Below are positions 25,066 to 39,334 of a stretch of DNA of 64,000 bases, in pieces. The stretch lies in the NCBI GenBank assembly GCA_951406725.2, contig OX597815.1, forward strand, positions 166,470,001 to 166,534,000. Reading direction: 5' to 3'. Source of the DNA: Octopus vulgaris (lineage: Eukaryota). The translations under genes and the position numbers were made by a program. The notes under the pieces were generated by a model. That model worked only from the letters and a program-made list of their open reading frames with translations, did no database searches and was not told where the DNA came from. Position 1 is the stretch's first letter, and the number at the start of each line of letters is the position of its first letter.

Positions 25066-25899
25066 AAAGTGATACAGAGCCAATGCCTGTGTTTATTATT
25101 GGCATAATGACCCTCCCAAGATGCAACAAAATATATTACAACTGGAAGTTCACATCAAAAAATCTTGCAAACCAAATACAAAAATATTAAAAAAAATATA
25201 ACTAAATGAGTTTGACTGGTTTCTCTCATCACATTGATTCCCCACTTTATAGAAAGCCACCTGGTCAGGCCAACATTATGTCTGAGGTTAAATGTCTGAG
25301 TCATTTATTTATTCAATAGCTTGCTCTTACAGTATGTACTTCACTTTACTTCCTACTAATTTGTAAATTGTGTCATCATTTTAATTATAGCTTACTGGCA
25401 AATGTTTCTATGACTATGAACCCTGCTGCCACCAACCATAGCTTGACAGTCATTAATTTGCCACGAGTTATTGTTAATACCATCATCAAAATTCAACGTC
25501 ATTAGCAAGCATCAGTTCTTTCTCTTTGCTGGAGAGTGGGAAGAGGCGAAGCATTATTTTTGCACTCTGTTCACCGGCAACACTATCTATAAGCTGTAAA
25601 GCTTCTGTACCAAGTCATAAATAAATTTTCCTATCATCTTTTAACACGAAATCATCACTGCCATCGCCAAAACAAACTCCCCACCGTCACCAATACTATT
25701 ACCTACCCATCGACTTCAATGATGTTAGTAATGATAGATATCCACTCGCTAACTAAGAAAAAAAATTTGAAATCTGGGTATTTCCGCCATAAATTGACAA
25801 ATTACTAAATTACTGAGGTTGTTAATGCCTAACAACTTGTTCATTATTCAAATAAATTCTGATCATCTTAATTGTTGCCACTTCTAAAATAATAATTAA

Positions 25900-26668
25900 A
25901 AAACAAAAACCTGGACCTAAAAATGTCCTTTGAAAAAGAAACTTCACTGAAAGAACACCAAACACCCAACATAAAGTTTAATCTCAAGTTCTTTTCCCAC
26001 TTTGCTAAACAAAAATCATTTACACATAACCAGATCGCTCCTCTAATGGACCAAATTGGGTCATATACTAAAAAAGTCCTCAAAATATGCACATTCTTGA
26101 GTCAATGATATAAAAATGCATTTTCCCAAACGATAACCGAAACTGAAAATAACACAAACGAATACCTTCATCCTCGGAATTCAACTGCAGAGACATGTCT
26201 AAGCATTAATGACATTATAGAAGATTCAAACTCAGTATCAGGACCAGATGGTTTCCTTGTCAAACCATTGAAGATGCTATTTCAAAAGTTGCTATATAGT
26301 GGCATATTCCCATACCTACTGAAAGGCTCAGTAGTAACACCTAGACGCAAAGAAGGTAGCCGGCCTGAAGCTAAAAATTACAGACCTCTTTCTCTCACAT
26401 CTCACAAATCTAAAATTATTGAAGGCAATGTCCATAAAAGAATAATTACGTACCTTAAGGAAAAACAAACTCTCAGATACTACACAACTTCATCAACAGA
26501 TTGGACAAATTTGCCTGTCACAACAGCTACGGCACCGTAACACTATCCTCAATAATCTCATGAGAGGAATGGACACTGACTGTATATACCTTAACTTCAT
26601 TAAAGCATTTGACAAGATCATGGAATCACCTGTCATAGGCTAAAGGACTTCAGAATCACAGGACCATT
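25900..26668 (+). mobile_element. CR1/L2-group LINE reverse transcriptase relic
   Basis: SGPDG...KPLKMLFQK...VTPRRKEGSRPEAKNYRPLSLTSHKSKIIE...DCIYLNFIKAFDK motifs, with stops and frameshifts. Confidence 0.88.
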
Positions 26669-26672
26669 GGTG

Positions 26673-27258
26673 TCCGGGAAGCAAAATTCTTTTTCCCACG
26701 AGAGTTCCGGACCCCAGTTATGAACTCATTTGCATACAGCTAATCAGTGCTCGAATATCAAACCAGTTTATGGACACATAACAAGTGATGGGTGATTATC
26801 ATCAGGTCACTTGGGTAAGGAATGATCATGCTTCTTTTCTCTTTTGATAATGCTTGTTGTTCTTGTTTCAACCATGGCTGCCTCTGCGTAGTTATTTGTG
26901 TTGTTGTTTATTTTGTAAAACAGTAAGGGGTGAGGGTTGCTAGCACATCACCTTCTACCCACATTTTCCCCATGCACATCTTTACCATATGGGGCCTTAA
27001 CAATATCCGATAATCAGTATAGATGCAAATCTATCTAATTACTTGTCTCCTAAAATCAGGTATAACTTGGCGATCGATCGACTTACAACGGTGTTCTTCG
27101 TCTTGAGTATGTTTTACCAAGTGATTGGTTGTTTTTAACACATTCATGAATGTTATGTTGACAACAAGGTCAAGGTGAGCTCTGATTGGCTGCATGCAAA
27201 TGAGTTCATTACTGGGATCCAGAACTATTGTGGGAAAAATAAAATTTTACACCCAGGA
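26673..27258. mobile_element. Foldback/MITE-like element with ~80-bp imperfect TIRs
   Basis: 26673-26752 is the reverse complement of 27177-27258 (GAACTCATTTGCATACAGCTAATCAG / CTGATTGGCTGCATGCAAATGAGTTC). Confidence 0.8.
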
Positions 27259-28182
27259 AGTCGGTGATTTGCCTGTAATTTACAAATTCAATTTATTAGC
27301 ACAAGCAGTTAGTAATAGCAGCTATATTACATCCTATTGACTTAGAGACACTGTCGCTATAAAGGAAAGCTATGGTTTCGCCTGGAATACCCTTGCGTAT
27401 ATATACTGAATCACAATCGATAAACAACAATAATAAAAGTTAAATCAGTATTCATAACATTAATTCTGTGATAACTAGAGCAATATCACTAGATCGCAGT
27501 CTCTGTCACTGCCTCATTAATTTTTCATTACTGTATTACTTTGATGGTGGTCGTTTCTCTAATTAGAACTTATCTTGCTTGATATCTCACATTTGTGAAT
27601 CTACAATCCTATGAAGAAAGACCTAGCTATCCATAACTCCAGTACACACACACTCACATATATCTTGTGTGTAAAGTTAGATGTATGACTGCTACTATTG
27701 AGTGTGTGTGTGTGTATATATATATATATACACACACCCTGACATGATGCCGTGTGGAAATTGTAAACGAGCGTCACCACCATAGAAGTGGTGTCGTTTG
27801 TTTCCAATTTCCCCTGAAAATATATTTGGCCATGTCATAATATTACCTTACCTGGAAGCAGGTTAGGTTTTGAGATGAGAAGGGCACCAGGCAGTATAAA
27901 ATGTGCTTCAGCGAATTCTGTCAAGTCCATGCAAGCTTGTAAAAGTCAACAATAACGACGATGATAATGGTATGTGCGTGTGTGTGTGTGCGTGCACGCA
28001 TCTATGCCAACTCAGCTGTATTTGACACAGAAATATGTCTAAATAGCAGTAGTCAATTAAATGTTTGGAATTTGAGGGTTGACTGCATTTGTAAAGTTAT
28101 GTACTTGGAACAGACTTTGTCTCCAAACCCTCTCCTCTCCTCTGCAAAAAAGATAAAAATGTAGATTAACAACTACATTAAT

Positions 28183-28700
28183 ATTACATGGAAAAATGCG
28201 AGCATGAAAAGTAATTTTCTTATGGTTATAAACCTGGAAAGCTACAGGTCAAGTTATTACACCTGTAAAAGTATAGGACATGCTATTACTTCTAGTAAAG
28301 TGAAAAATAAGAAGCTTTTTACTTAAAATATTGCAGCAAAGAATGCTAGTTCTAATTTTTCGTTCTTTACAGTTCTCATCTTTTAAATTTATTGTACAAA
28401 ACTGTTCAGCTAATTTGTAGGTTTGTCTAATTAGTCACTTTTTTCTGTATTTAAGGTAGTAAATTAGCCAAATTCTACTTAAATAAATATAGTGTTATTT
28501 GTAAAATATAATAAAATAAGTTTTAATATTCAAATTTTAATTTTAGCTGCAATATTTTAAATAAAAAGTTTCTTATTCTTTACTTTACTAGAAGTAATAG
28601 CTTGTCCTATACTTTTACAGGTGTAATAACATTTCCTGTACTTTTCCAGGTTTATAATCTTAAGAATATGACTTTTCATGCTCACATTTTTCCATGTAAT
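28183..28700. mobile_element. Foldback element with ~155-bp inverted arms
   Basis: ATTACATGGAAAAATGCGAGCATGAAAAGT...ACTTTTCATGCTCACATTTTTCCATGTAAT; arms ~28183-28337 and ~28547-28700. Confidence 0.85.
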
Positions 28701-30074
28701 CCATGATTTTTCCAGGCATTGCTGTTGTAAGATAATTAATAATGTGTCAATTAATAATTTAAGATTTTACCTCATAAAATACTGAAAGATAATATTTCAA
28801 TTTTTCCATGTAAGTGATGATAATATTTCAAGTTTTTTCGTATTTAATTTAAATATATGTTGTGATTGAATTATTTGATATTACCCATCCATACCAAATT
28901 AATGGCAGGGATTTTTACCATCTTGTTGGTTGCACCATAGCTCACCAAATGTTACAAACAACAAGACACCAAAACCATCAGTTACCAGGCTCACCTTAAG
29001 TAACCTAATTTTGCAATATTAGGAGGTCACAGAAATTCATTCAACGCAAAAAAATCCAATGATTCCGGGATTGGGGAGGGATCCCCCCTCCTCATTTTTT
29101 CCGAACCAAAATAAGGATTTGCAGCATATTAGGAGGTCAGGGTACTTGATTCCATGCAAAAAATCAATTTTTTTTTACCTTAGCGAAAGTCGTGCAGGTG
29201 TCAACATAGAAATTGACCATAATGTTGTTATGTAGCCTCAAATCAACCCTGATACTGCAAACGTATCATCAAAGGCATTCCAGGCTTCAGCAAACCGTCT
29301 TTTTAGGGATAATCTAGGACATTACATACAATGGACATGTGATTTAGGAAGGGGGATACTTTGGGTACTATTTTTCGTGTGTCGAGCGACCAGGTAGAGG
29401 CTCTTTCATTGGTTCGATTGCGTGAGGCTTTGGTTGGCCCGAGGTTATAGTAGAAGACACATACTCAAGATGACACACAGAAGGACTGAACCAAAAAACT
29501 ATGTAGTTTGGATGTTAACTTCTTACCACACAGCTGCGCCTATATATGTATATATCCATATATATTTCTATAGGTATGGATGTGTGTGTGTGTGTGTGCA
29601 TATGTAACATATGAAACCAAAAGATCTTTTTTTGAAGTTTGTTTGTTTTGTGTTATTTTTGACACATCTTTTTATATTTGTTTTGTTTTCCACCTAATTA
29701 ATGTTTCATCATCAATTTATCTGATGTGTGAGTTAGTAAACAAGATCTAAGGAATTAATGGCAAGCTTGTCGCCAGTTCCTTATGATAAGACCCGCTCTA
29801 TCATCGCAAGAAGAAAGCAAGGGGTATAGGTACAGGGTGGCTTTGTTGACGAACTTTAAAACATTGATAAACTTGCCAAGATACATATATATATCTTCCT
29901 ATTAATTACGCTTACACGTAACACAACTTGCACATAGGTGCATACGTGCAAGTTTGTGTGTAAGTGCTTGCTAAACACATAGACATGTACATATACCACA
30001 CATATACATACCTATGTCTCTATAGTGTTGCATATGCACACACTTTTGACATACGTGTGTGTGTACATATACTC

Positions 30075-30407
30075 TTTTACTTGTTACAGTCATTTGACTG
30101 CAGCCATGCTGGAGCACCGTCTTTTTTAGTCGAGCAAATCGACCACAGGACTTATTCTTTGTAAGACCAGTACTTATTCTATCGGTCTCTTTTGCCGAAC
30201 CGCTAAGTGACGGGGACGTAAACACACCAGCATCGGTTGTCAAGCAATGCTAGGGGAACAAACACAGACACACAAACACATACACTCACAAGGCATTGGT
30301 CGGCCCGGGGCTATAGCAGAAGACACTTGCCCAAGATGCCACGCAGTGGGACTGAACCCGTAACCATGTGGTTGGTTAGCAAGCTACTTACCACACAGCC
30401 ACTCCTA
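30075..30407 (-). mobile_element. SINE family B, near full-length
   Basis: Head plus 3' module (GCTTGACAACCGATGCTGG...GCTCCAGCATGGC...AAACAAGTAAAAGA-like). Confidence 0.88.
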
Positions 30408-30718
30408 TACACACATCTAACACAATGTCATTTGCTTGTAATAAATGTAAAAGACATACTGCGTGGGTGGTTGGCTGGCTGTTTGTGTGGTGTGGGAATA
30501 ACAAATAAATACTGCTCTTGTTTAAGTCATCGGGCTACGGACATGCTGGGGCAACAACACCTTCAAGGGATTTTATGTTGAACGAATCTACCCCAGTCCT
30601 TACTTTAAGCTTGCTACAAATTCAGTCGGTCGCTTCAGCGGAACCTCTAATGCTACAGTTCGCACGCACATACATACACAGGCATTTATACATATGTACA
30701 TACACATGCGTGTGTGTA

Positions 30719-30765
<47 letters not shown>

Positions 30766-30941
30766 GAAATTTTAAAAATGCTGACAAAATAATTTAAGTA
30801 AGGGAGAGTGTATTTAATTAGGTGAAAGTTCTTTTTACCGGTTGCGCATTTGTTATGCTTATCAAAAGATTTTTTTAAGAGAGATAGAGTTCCTTTCTGA
30901 TAGATTTTTTTCTCTTATATATACATATATATATATATATT

Positions 30942-30985
<44 letters not shown>

Positions 30986-31031
30986 TATAGAGACAGCAGT
31001 GTGCAATGTTTTCCCAAAAAGGAAAACTATA

Positions 31032-31285
31032 ATTGTCACTAAATATGACTAGTGTGTTAGAACATCTACATTGCTAGAAATAAGAGCTAAAATGTTCTAA
31101 TACTGTAGTTAAAGCACATAATTGTATACATATATACTGACGGATTATAATCGCCCTAAAACGCCGGTCGAGAATTCCGTACATATGTACACAATTATGT
31201 GCTTTGACTACAGCATTAGAGCACTTTAGCTCTTATTTCTAGCAATGCAGGTGTTTTTAACGTCTTAGTTATACTTAGCGACAAT
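31032..31285. mobile_element. Palindromic element with ~105-bp arms
   Basis: Arms 31032-31137 and 31179-31285; a single arm recurs at ~10090-10228. Confidence 0.8.
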
Positions 31286-31415
31286 CTCACACACACACAT
31301 AATGTAGAAGCCATGGAGGCACACTGTCGGTAATTCCCATTAATATGAAACTGCAGTCTGGTGTCCTAGCTTTGCTTCGCTCGTGGGGCAGTTGTCTAAC
31401 TTGTCTCTCTCTCTC

Positions 31416-31447
<32 letters not shown>

Positions 31448-32599
31448 TGTATGTATGTATGTATGTATGTATGCGACTGGAAATTGAACTGTTGAGTAAT
31501 GCAATATGACTCTACCTAGACACAACGAAATTTGTTTTAACACACAAATTCACATAAAGAATCTTGCACACCAGATACAAAACCAAATATATAATTATAA
31601 TGATAATAATAATGACGGAGCATTACCTTTAATTCAGTTTTATATATAAATACAACCTCAAACAGACCTACACGTGTGTGTGTGTGCGTTGAAAACCGCT
31701 GTAGGGGTGTTTACCTCCCAGTAACTTAGCCGTTCGGCAAAATTAATCGATAGAATAAGTACCAGGTTTTACCAAAAAATAATAAGTACTGGAGTCGAGT
31801 CGTTCGTCCAAAATTCTTCAAAGCGGTGTCCCAGCATGGCCGCAGTCTAATAATGATTGAAGTAAGTAAATGATATATATCAGAGAGAGAGGGAAGATGG
31901 GAGGAGAGTTGTCTAGCCACAGTGATAAAAATCTTCGTGTAAGTAGTAAATAATATGTCCAACAAGACAGTTGACGAGTCATGTAACTGTTATTGTTGTA
32001 TTGTAATAAACAATAAACGGACAATGGGGACAAGAACAGCAAAGACCAACATAACAGCAACAACACCGACAGCTAATAATAAAAGATAAAGTAATATTAT
32101 GAAGCTACTGGAACAGTGGCAGATGGAGGGGGCGAACAAAAAAGTAGTGATGTGCAGAGAGAGACTAACCCAACTAGAATTGCTGAGACTTCCTGCAGTA
32201 TGAAGAGACATCAAATGTGTCTGTTGGATTAACTCACACATCTTTTGTTCTTAGCTGAGTACAATAGAAGTGAAAAATGTCTAAACTCTATCTATCTATG
32301 TATGGATGTATGGATGTATACACACACACGACGGGCTTCTTTCAGTTTCGTTTGCGAAATCCATTCACAAGGTTTTGGTTATTGGCCCCGATGCTACAGT
32401 AGAAGATACTTGCGCAAGGTGCCACGCAGTGGGACTGAACTCGAAATCATGTGGTTAGGAAGCAAGCTTCTTACCACACAGCCACAAGGGCCGTGAGTTT
32501 CATACGCTGGCACTTATCAAACTTTCAGCACTTGAGTCACTGTGTAACGATTCTGTCCGCTCACCGCCTCAATTTCCTATGTAATATCCTTTCTACTAG

Positions 32600-32806
32600 T
32601 GGCACAAGACCTGAAATTTTTGGGGAGGGAGGTTCTATGTGATTACATCGACCCCAGTGTTTCACTGGTACTTAATTTATTGATCCCGCGAAAGAATGAA
32701 AAGCTAAGTCGACCTCGGCGGAATTTGAACTCAGAACGTAACAGCGGACGAAATACTGCTATGCGTTTTGCTGAGCGTGCTAACGATTCTGCCAGCCCGC
32801 CGTCTT
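32600..32806 (-). mobile_element. SINE family A variant
   Basis: GTCGACCTCGGCGGAATTTGAACTCAGAACG...GCTAACGATTCTGCCAGC. Confidence 0.8.
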
Positions 32807-32854
32807 AATTTCCTATGGAATATCATAGTTAATACAACATTCTGACCATCTCTT

Positions 32855-32858
32855 TCTA

Positions 32859-32941
<83 letters not shown>

Positions 32942-32945
32942 TTAT
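32855..32945. repeat. (TCTA)n microsatellite
   Basis: Seen directly; others at ~33535-33610, ~56185-56250 and ~56550-56615. Confidence 0.95.
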
Positions 32946-33534
32946 CTCCATCTCTCCCTCTCTCTCATTCTATCTCTTATTCTGCCTATAGTTGATAACG
33001 CTTGTGTTTTTTAAGTTTCCCACACAATCTTGACATTGTAAATCTACTAAACATCAAGCATCACTTTTTTCACAACTCTAACAGGACATCATCATTCATT
33101 TCATCTTTGTTTCTGTCTTTCTTTTACGTTTACAGTCAGTCTTTCCCATACTCTTCCTACGTCTCCCTCTCTTTCTTCATACCTCTTTAGATTTTAGCTA
33201 CACACACATAACAAAGAGGCAAAGGAAGTGCAGTGTTAGTACTCGAGTAACTCAGTCCCAGCAGCAGGATGTGAACTCTTCACTTGTAAGCTGAGTAACC
33301 CTAACTTGTTATAGCACTTCTGGATATTGTCACCGACTCTTCCGATTCGTTACTAACAAATATTCACTGCAGCAAGTAACGTATACACAATGACACAGTT
33401 CTCTGTCTGTCTGTCTGTCCCCCCCTCTCTCTCCCTCTCTCCTGCTCTAAATTTTCATATATCTTGAAAAAAAATCTATTAGTACTATGGCACTCGTATA
33501 CGCTTACTCTCGCTGCTTGCCTCTCTTCAATATC

Positions 33535-33674
<140 letters not shown>

Positions 33675-34374
33675 ACACACATATACATACACATGTATGT
33701 ATACACGTTTACATGTATACATACACCTATATGTATATGTACACATACATATATGTATACATACATATATGCACACACACACACACACACACATATATAT
33801 GCATGCATACACAAACATATCTGTATAAACACGCACACACATCTCCCTCTATATAACATTTTTGTGTGTCTGTCTGTTCCATATGCATTCTGAAACGGCT
33901 CCACCAAATCAAAGGTAATTGTATTACACTCTGCGAGTGTGAACATGTAATTTTTATCTTCGTTTGGATTGAAACAATGTAACATTTTCTCGAAAATAAT
34001 TTTTCTATAATCAACTATAGTAAAATACATTTTATACCATGACGACGACGACGTCACATCTTTATCATTCCCTCTTCATTCTGTCAACCATTTTGTCTAG
34101 CGTTTTTCTTTGTAACGACGTCTTGTACACCACCCCAAATATTACAGCTACTTTCATTGTTTACAATCTTCTGTACCGGTGTATTTGTGTACACCAACAC
34201 ATAAACAAAATGTTAAAAAGGCTAAAGGGTCAAGCAAAAACGTTGTACCGATGTATTTGTCTATCAGTAAATATCCATGATGTAACAATTTCTGGTGCCA
34301 AAGCAATTATTACAGCTACTTTCATTGTTTACAGTCGTGTGTACCGGTGTATTTGTGTATCAGTTAATAACCAC

Positions 34375-34884
34375 AGGTAAATATTTCGTAAAGGACCCGT
34401 TCGTACCTCGGTGTGAAGCAATTTATTTCCACAGGTTTTTCGAGTGCATTCAACATATCTAACTTCCAGACCCACCGCAAGTTACATTTTTTTTTATTTT
34501 GGAAAAGAAAAGTGGGAAGGGGAGGGGGTAAAAAATTATTTCAGAGCGAAATATCGGCGGGTCCTTTATCGCACGCAGATAGTTGATACGTTGTAGTAGG
34601 GTGTGCTAGAACTTCTTTACTTTTCTGAGGAAAGGAGCCGTCTACGCCTGATTTTTATGTCACATTCGTTGAAAGTATGCAAAATAACCTGGAAAAGAAC
34701 AAAAAACCTGCGAAACAAAACACCGTTGGTGGGAAACTCCGAGATACCCCACCTTTCTTTTCCGGATAAAAGTGGCTTGCGGTGAGTTTGGAGGTCAGAT
34801 ACGTTGAATGCACTCGAAAAAACTCGTGGAATAAAACATATTTCACACGGAGGTACGAACGGGTCGTTTACGAAATATTCACCT
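34375..34884. mobile_element. Foldback/MITE-like element with ~110-bp TIRs
   Basis: AGGTAAATATTTCGTAAAGGACCCGTTCGTACCTC...GAGGTACGAACGGGTCGTTTACGAAATATTCACCT. Confidence 0.85.
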
Positions 34885-35399
34885 AACTATGCCTTGAGCA
34901 AATGTCTTCTACTACAGCCTCGGGGCGACCAAAGCCTTGTGAGTGGATTTGGTAGACGGAAACTGAAAAAAGCCCGTCATTATATATATGTATATATATA
35001 TATATATATGTTTGTGCGTGAGTGTGTGTGTGTGTGTTTGTGACTGTTCATCTCCCACCATCGCTTGACAACCGATGCTGGTGTGTTTACGTCCCCATAA
35101 CTTAGCGGTTCGACGAAGAACCCGATTGAATAAGTACTAGGCTTACAACGAATAAGTTCTGGGGTCGATTAGTTCGACAAAAGGCGAAGCTCCAGCATGG
35201 CCACGATCAAATGACTGAAATAAAAGAATATATATGTATTTGTTATTTGTGTCTGTGTCTGTCTCTCCCACCCCCATCGCTAGGTTTACAGAGAATAAGT
35301 CCTGTGGTCGATTTGTTCGACTGAAGGTGGTGCTCCAGCATGGCCACAGCCAATTGACTGAAACCAGTAAAAGAATAGTAGAAAGGATTACCATTATTA

Positions 35400-35980
35400 A
35401 TGGAATGGTGGCATGCTGGCAGAAACCTCAGCACGCCGAACATAATGCTTAGCAGCATATCGTCCGTCCTCACGTTCTGAGTTCAAATGCCTTTCGGCAT
35501 TTCGCGGTCGGTGTCCCGGGGTCGATGTTATCGACTAACCCCCTCCCAAGGAAAATTTCAGGCTTTGTGCCTATAGTAGAAAGGATTATTGATATGGTGG
35601 CGAGCTGGTAGAATCGTTAGCACGTCGGACAAAATGCTTAGCGGCGTTTCTGCTCTCTGTTTACCGTATGAGTTCGAATTCCACCGAGGTCGACTTATCC
35701 TTTCACCCTTTCGGGATCGATAAATTAAATGTCAGTTGAGCACTGGAGGTCGACGAAATCAACGATGCCCCCTCCCCACCACACACACACACACACATTA
35801 AATAAATAAAATAATTCAAACTCCGCCGCGGTGGACTTTTCTCTTTCATCCTTTCGGAGTCGGAGTCGGAGGTAGTGGTGGTGGTGGTGGTTAGGAGTGG
35901 GGGCAGGTGAGGGCGGGGGTGATGAAATCGACTAGCCCCTCCTAACAAAGTTTCAGGCCTTGTGTCTATAGCAGAAAGAA
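35400..35980 (+). mobile_element. Tandem cluster of SINE family A variant copies
   Basis: Repeated heads and AAATTTCAGGCCTTGTGCCTATAGTAGAAAGG-like tails. Confidence 0.7.
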
Positions 35981-36877
35981 GTGTTGTTGTGATTGTTGTT
36001 GTTGTTGTTATTGTTACTGCTATTATTCAAGCCAACAACCTTTCAGCTTGTAAACTCTCTTTCATTTCAACATTTCGCTCCGCTCCGCCCCGCCCCGCCC
36101 CGCCTCGCCCGGCCCTGTCCCACCTCTCACGCCACCACCACACCTCTTTCTATGTGTCTCTTTCTTCCTATTCTTCCTTTTGTTGTTGTTGTTGTTCCCC
36201 CCATCCCCCCCTCTCCATAAATGTCTGTGACATGATGTGATTGATATAAGCCAAGTAGCAAAGAGCTAAATTATTTTAGATTTCATGTTTCCTCTGCTGT
36301 TAAATACCAAGGACCCTATTAGTGGTCTGTGTTGACATTTCCTACTGAGAGGGGAGGACAAAAACGAAGAAATAAAATAAAATAAGTAAGATAAAATAAT
36401 AATAATAATACGAAAAAAAATTGGGTGGTACACAGCCAGCCACAGAGAAGTCAAGTTAGCATAAGACATTAACTGTTACAACGAATCAGGGGGAATTATA
36501 TGTATGGTCTTGCTATATGTCTATCAGTATCGAATATATCTGTGTAGTGTATCATATCGGCTAATCGTTCGTTCTTAGAATAGATTGAAGATAATGAGTT
36601 CGATTCCGGAACCGGACTGTGTGTTGTGTTCTTAAGGAAGATACATAATTTCACTTTTTGCTCCAGTTTACTCAGCTGTAGAAATGAGTTGTGATGTCAC
36701 TGGTGCCGAGCTGTATTGGCCTTTGCCTTTCCCTTGGATAACATTGGTGGCATAGAGAGGGGAGACTGGTACGCATGGGCGACTGCTGGTCTTCCTTAAC
36801 CCTGCTTGGACTTGTGCCTCGGAGGGTAACGTTCTAGGTGCAATGTCATGGTCATTCATGACCGAAGCGGATGTTGG

Positions 36878-36966
<89 letters not shown>

Positions 36967-37052
36967 TGCTTCTCAACCACATGGTTCCATAGCCCCCCGG
37001 TTGACCAATGCCTTGTGAGTAGTTGGTGGAAGCTGAAAGTGTGTGTTTGTGT

Positions 37053-37096
<44 letters not shown>

Positions 37097-37098
37097 AT

Positions 37099-37890
37099 AC
37101 AGGGTGCGGTGATTAAATTGTCGTCTAAATTACGTGAAAATGAAAATAACACTGAGATCTCATTTTAACAGATATATTTACCAAAATTACATAAAAATAT
37201 CTTGAAATACTAGAGTAAATTTATTCAATAAAATCGCCATTGGCTTCAACCACGGCCTCCAGACGACTTCAGAATCTCCTGCAACTCTTCTGGACAGTCT
37301 CCTTGTTTAAGCTGGCGAATGCTGCCATAATCCTTGCCTTTAGTTCATCTTTGGTGTTACAAGGTTTTTTGTTGGTCTCTCGCTCAATTGCACCCCACAC
37401 ATAATAATCAAGGGGTTGCAGTCTGGGGTGTTAGATGACCACATGTTAGATGTGATGTGGTCGCAGAAATTGTCTAAGAGCCGTGACTGGGTTCCTCTGC
37501 TTGTGTGGCATGGTGCAGAGTCCTGTTGCTAGACATGGGGTCTTCAAGCAGCCATCCTCTTCACCCAGAGCAGTACTACTTCCACCAGGCACTTAATGTA
37601 GACCTCCGTGTAGAGTGTGAGGTCGTGTGGGAAGATGAATGGAGGCATAACGTCACCATCACTAGTGATCACTCCAAACACCATGATGTTAACTAGATGT
37701 TTGATTTTTATCACTCTCGCCACTTGTCCTTAGATTGACACACAAACATTCTGAAATGTTCGTATTGGAGCTTCCAGCGCGAATAGGATGTCGTTTCGAA
37801 ATTTCCGGCAGAGTGAATTGTGTCACGGTGCTGTTTTTCTCACAGACGGTGCTCAACTGACCCTACTATACTGTGTAGTTGACAAAATCA
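37099..37890 (-). mobile_element. Tc1/mariner-superfamily (DD37D/maT-like) deleted transposon
   Basis: QQDSAPCHTSR...WSSNTPDCNPLDYYVWGAIERETNK...SRLEAVVEANGDFIE; TA-CAGGGTG end near 37099. Confidence 0.88.
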
Positions 37891-38225
37891 AAAGCCACCG
37901 CTTGACAAATTATGCTGGTTTGTTTACGTCCCCGTAATTTAGTAGATTATCAAAAGAGACTTATAGAATAAAGACAGGTCGATTTGTTCAACAAGACTCC
38001 TCAAGACGGTGCCTCAGTATAACCGCTATCCACTGTATGAAACAAAGAGATAAGAGGTATTCTTTGATCTGGCCGCATCTTTATCTCATTACGTTTACAT
38101 GCTTCGGTCATTGGACTGCGGCCATTGTGGGGCATCGCTTTGCAAAATTTTAGGTAAACAAATCAACCCCAGAACAAGATTTTTTTCTTTTTTGCAAAAT
38201 TTGGTACTTATTCTATCGGATCTTT

Positions 38226-38308
<83 letters not shown>

Positions 38309-39334
38309 TCACACAAATGATGGGATTCTACTCAGTTTCCATCCACTAAATTCACTGAGAATACATTGGTCTGCTCGGATCTCTTATAAAACACACTTGC
38401 CCAAGGTTTTGCGCAGTGGGACTGAACCAGAAATCATGTGGTTGTAAAGCAAGTTTCTTTACCGTACATATGTGCCTGCACCTATAATATATATATATGT
38501 TCCCAATAAACACCAACAACACCATGAATTTACTTTAGAGAGTATTGATTCACCTGTGCAAAATGCATTTTTTTATCAATTCTTCTAGGGGAGATAATTC
38601 TCTATTTTTTTTTTAAACGTTCAAACTACAAAAAAAAAAAAAAATACCCGAGCTTTTGAAATGATCAATAAAAAGTATTACGTTTAGTTCTAAAACCCAT
38701 TGTTTTTAATTGTTTCCCTATATTAAATAGCTGTACAAACAGAGAAATACAAGTGTACAGTTTCATAAGAAAATATAGACAGAATAGGAATAAAACAGTT
38801 ATAATACATCTATGTAGAAATTATGTATGCTCGTATTCGAAATGAATACCAGAGGAAAGGTTCATTGAACATTAGTATACAAAGTTTAAAAGTGTTTAGT
38901 TACGTGGAAATTATTTTCAACTAGCAATAACTGCCGGTCAAACCGAAAAGATCCCATTGGCTATGTGCCTCTGCACCAGTTGACGCATTTAGTGTTGAAT
39001 TTGTGTTTTTTTTTTCTTTTCTTTTTTTTTCATTCTCTTTTTCTTTTCCACTTTTTCTCTTCTGGTTTGGATTTAAATTTTTGATGTGGCTTTGTATTAT
39101 ATATATGTATCCTATACGTATGTGCATCAAATAAGAGATTTGATGCACGTTTTACATTTTTAAGATGCAATGTATATCACAAATGTCTTTCACTCTTTCA
39201 CATGCGTAAGTATATATGTACGTGTATATGTTTTAGATATGCGTGTTTAAAATTTGTGTATGCACATATGTATAGATGTGCATGCATCATGTATATACAT
39301 ATATATGCTTGTGTGTGTGACCGCGTGTGTACCG

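Noticed and set aside
25380-25790. Minus-strand pseudogene-like stretch starting MAEIPRFQ
   Set aside because: Multiple stops and no recognisable motif.
31138-31178. CTGACGG...AAAACGCCGGTC in the palindrome spacer as a hammerhead
   Set aside because: Both core boxes are mutated and there is no helix II.
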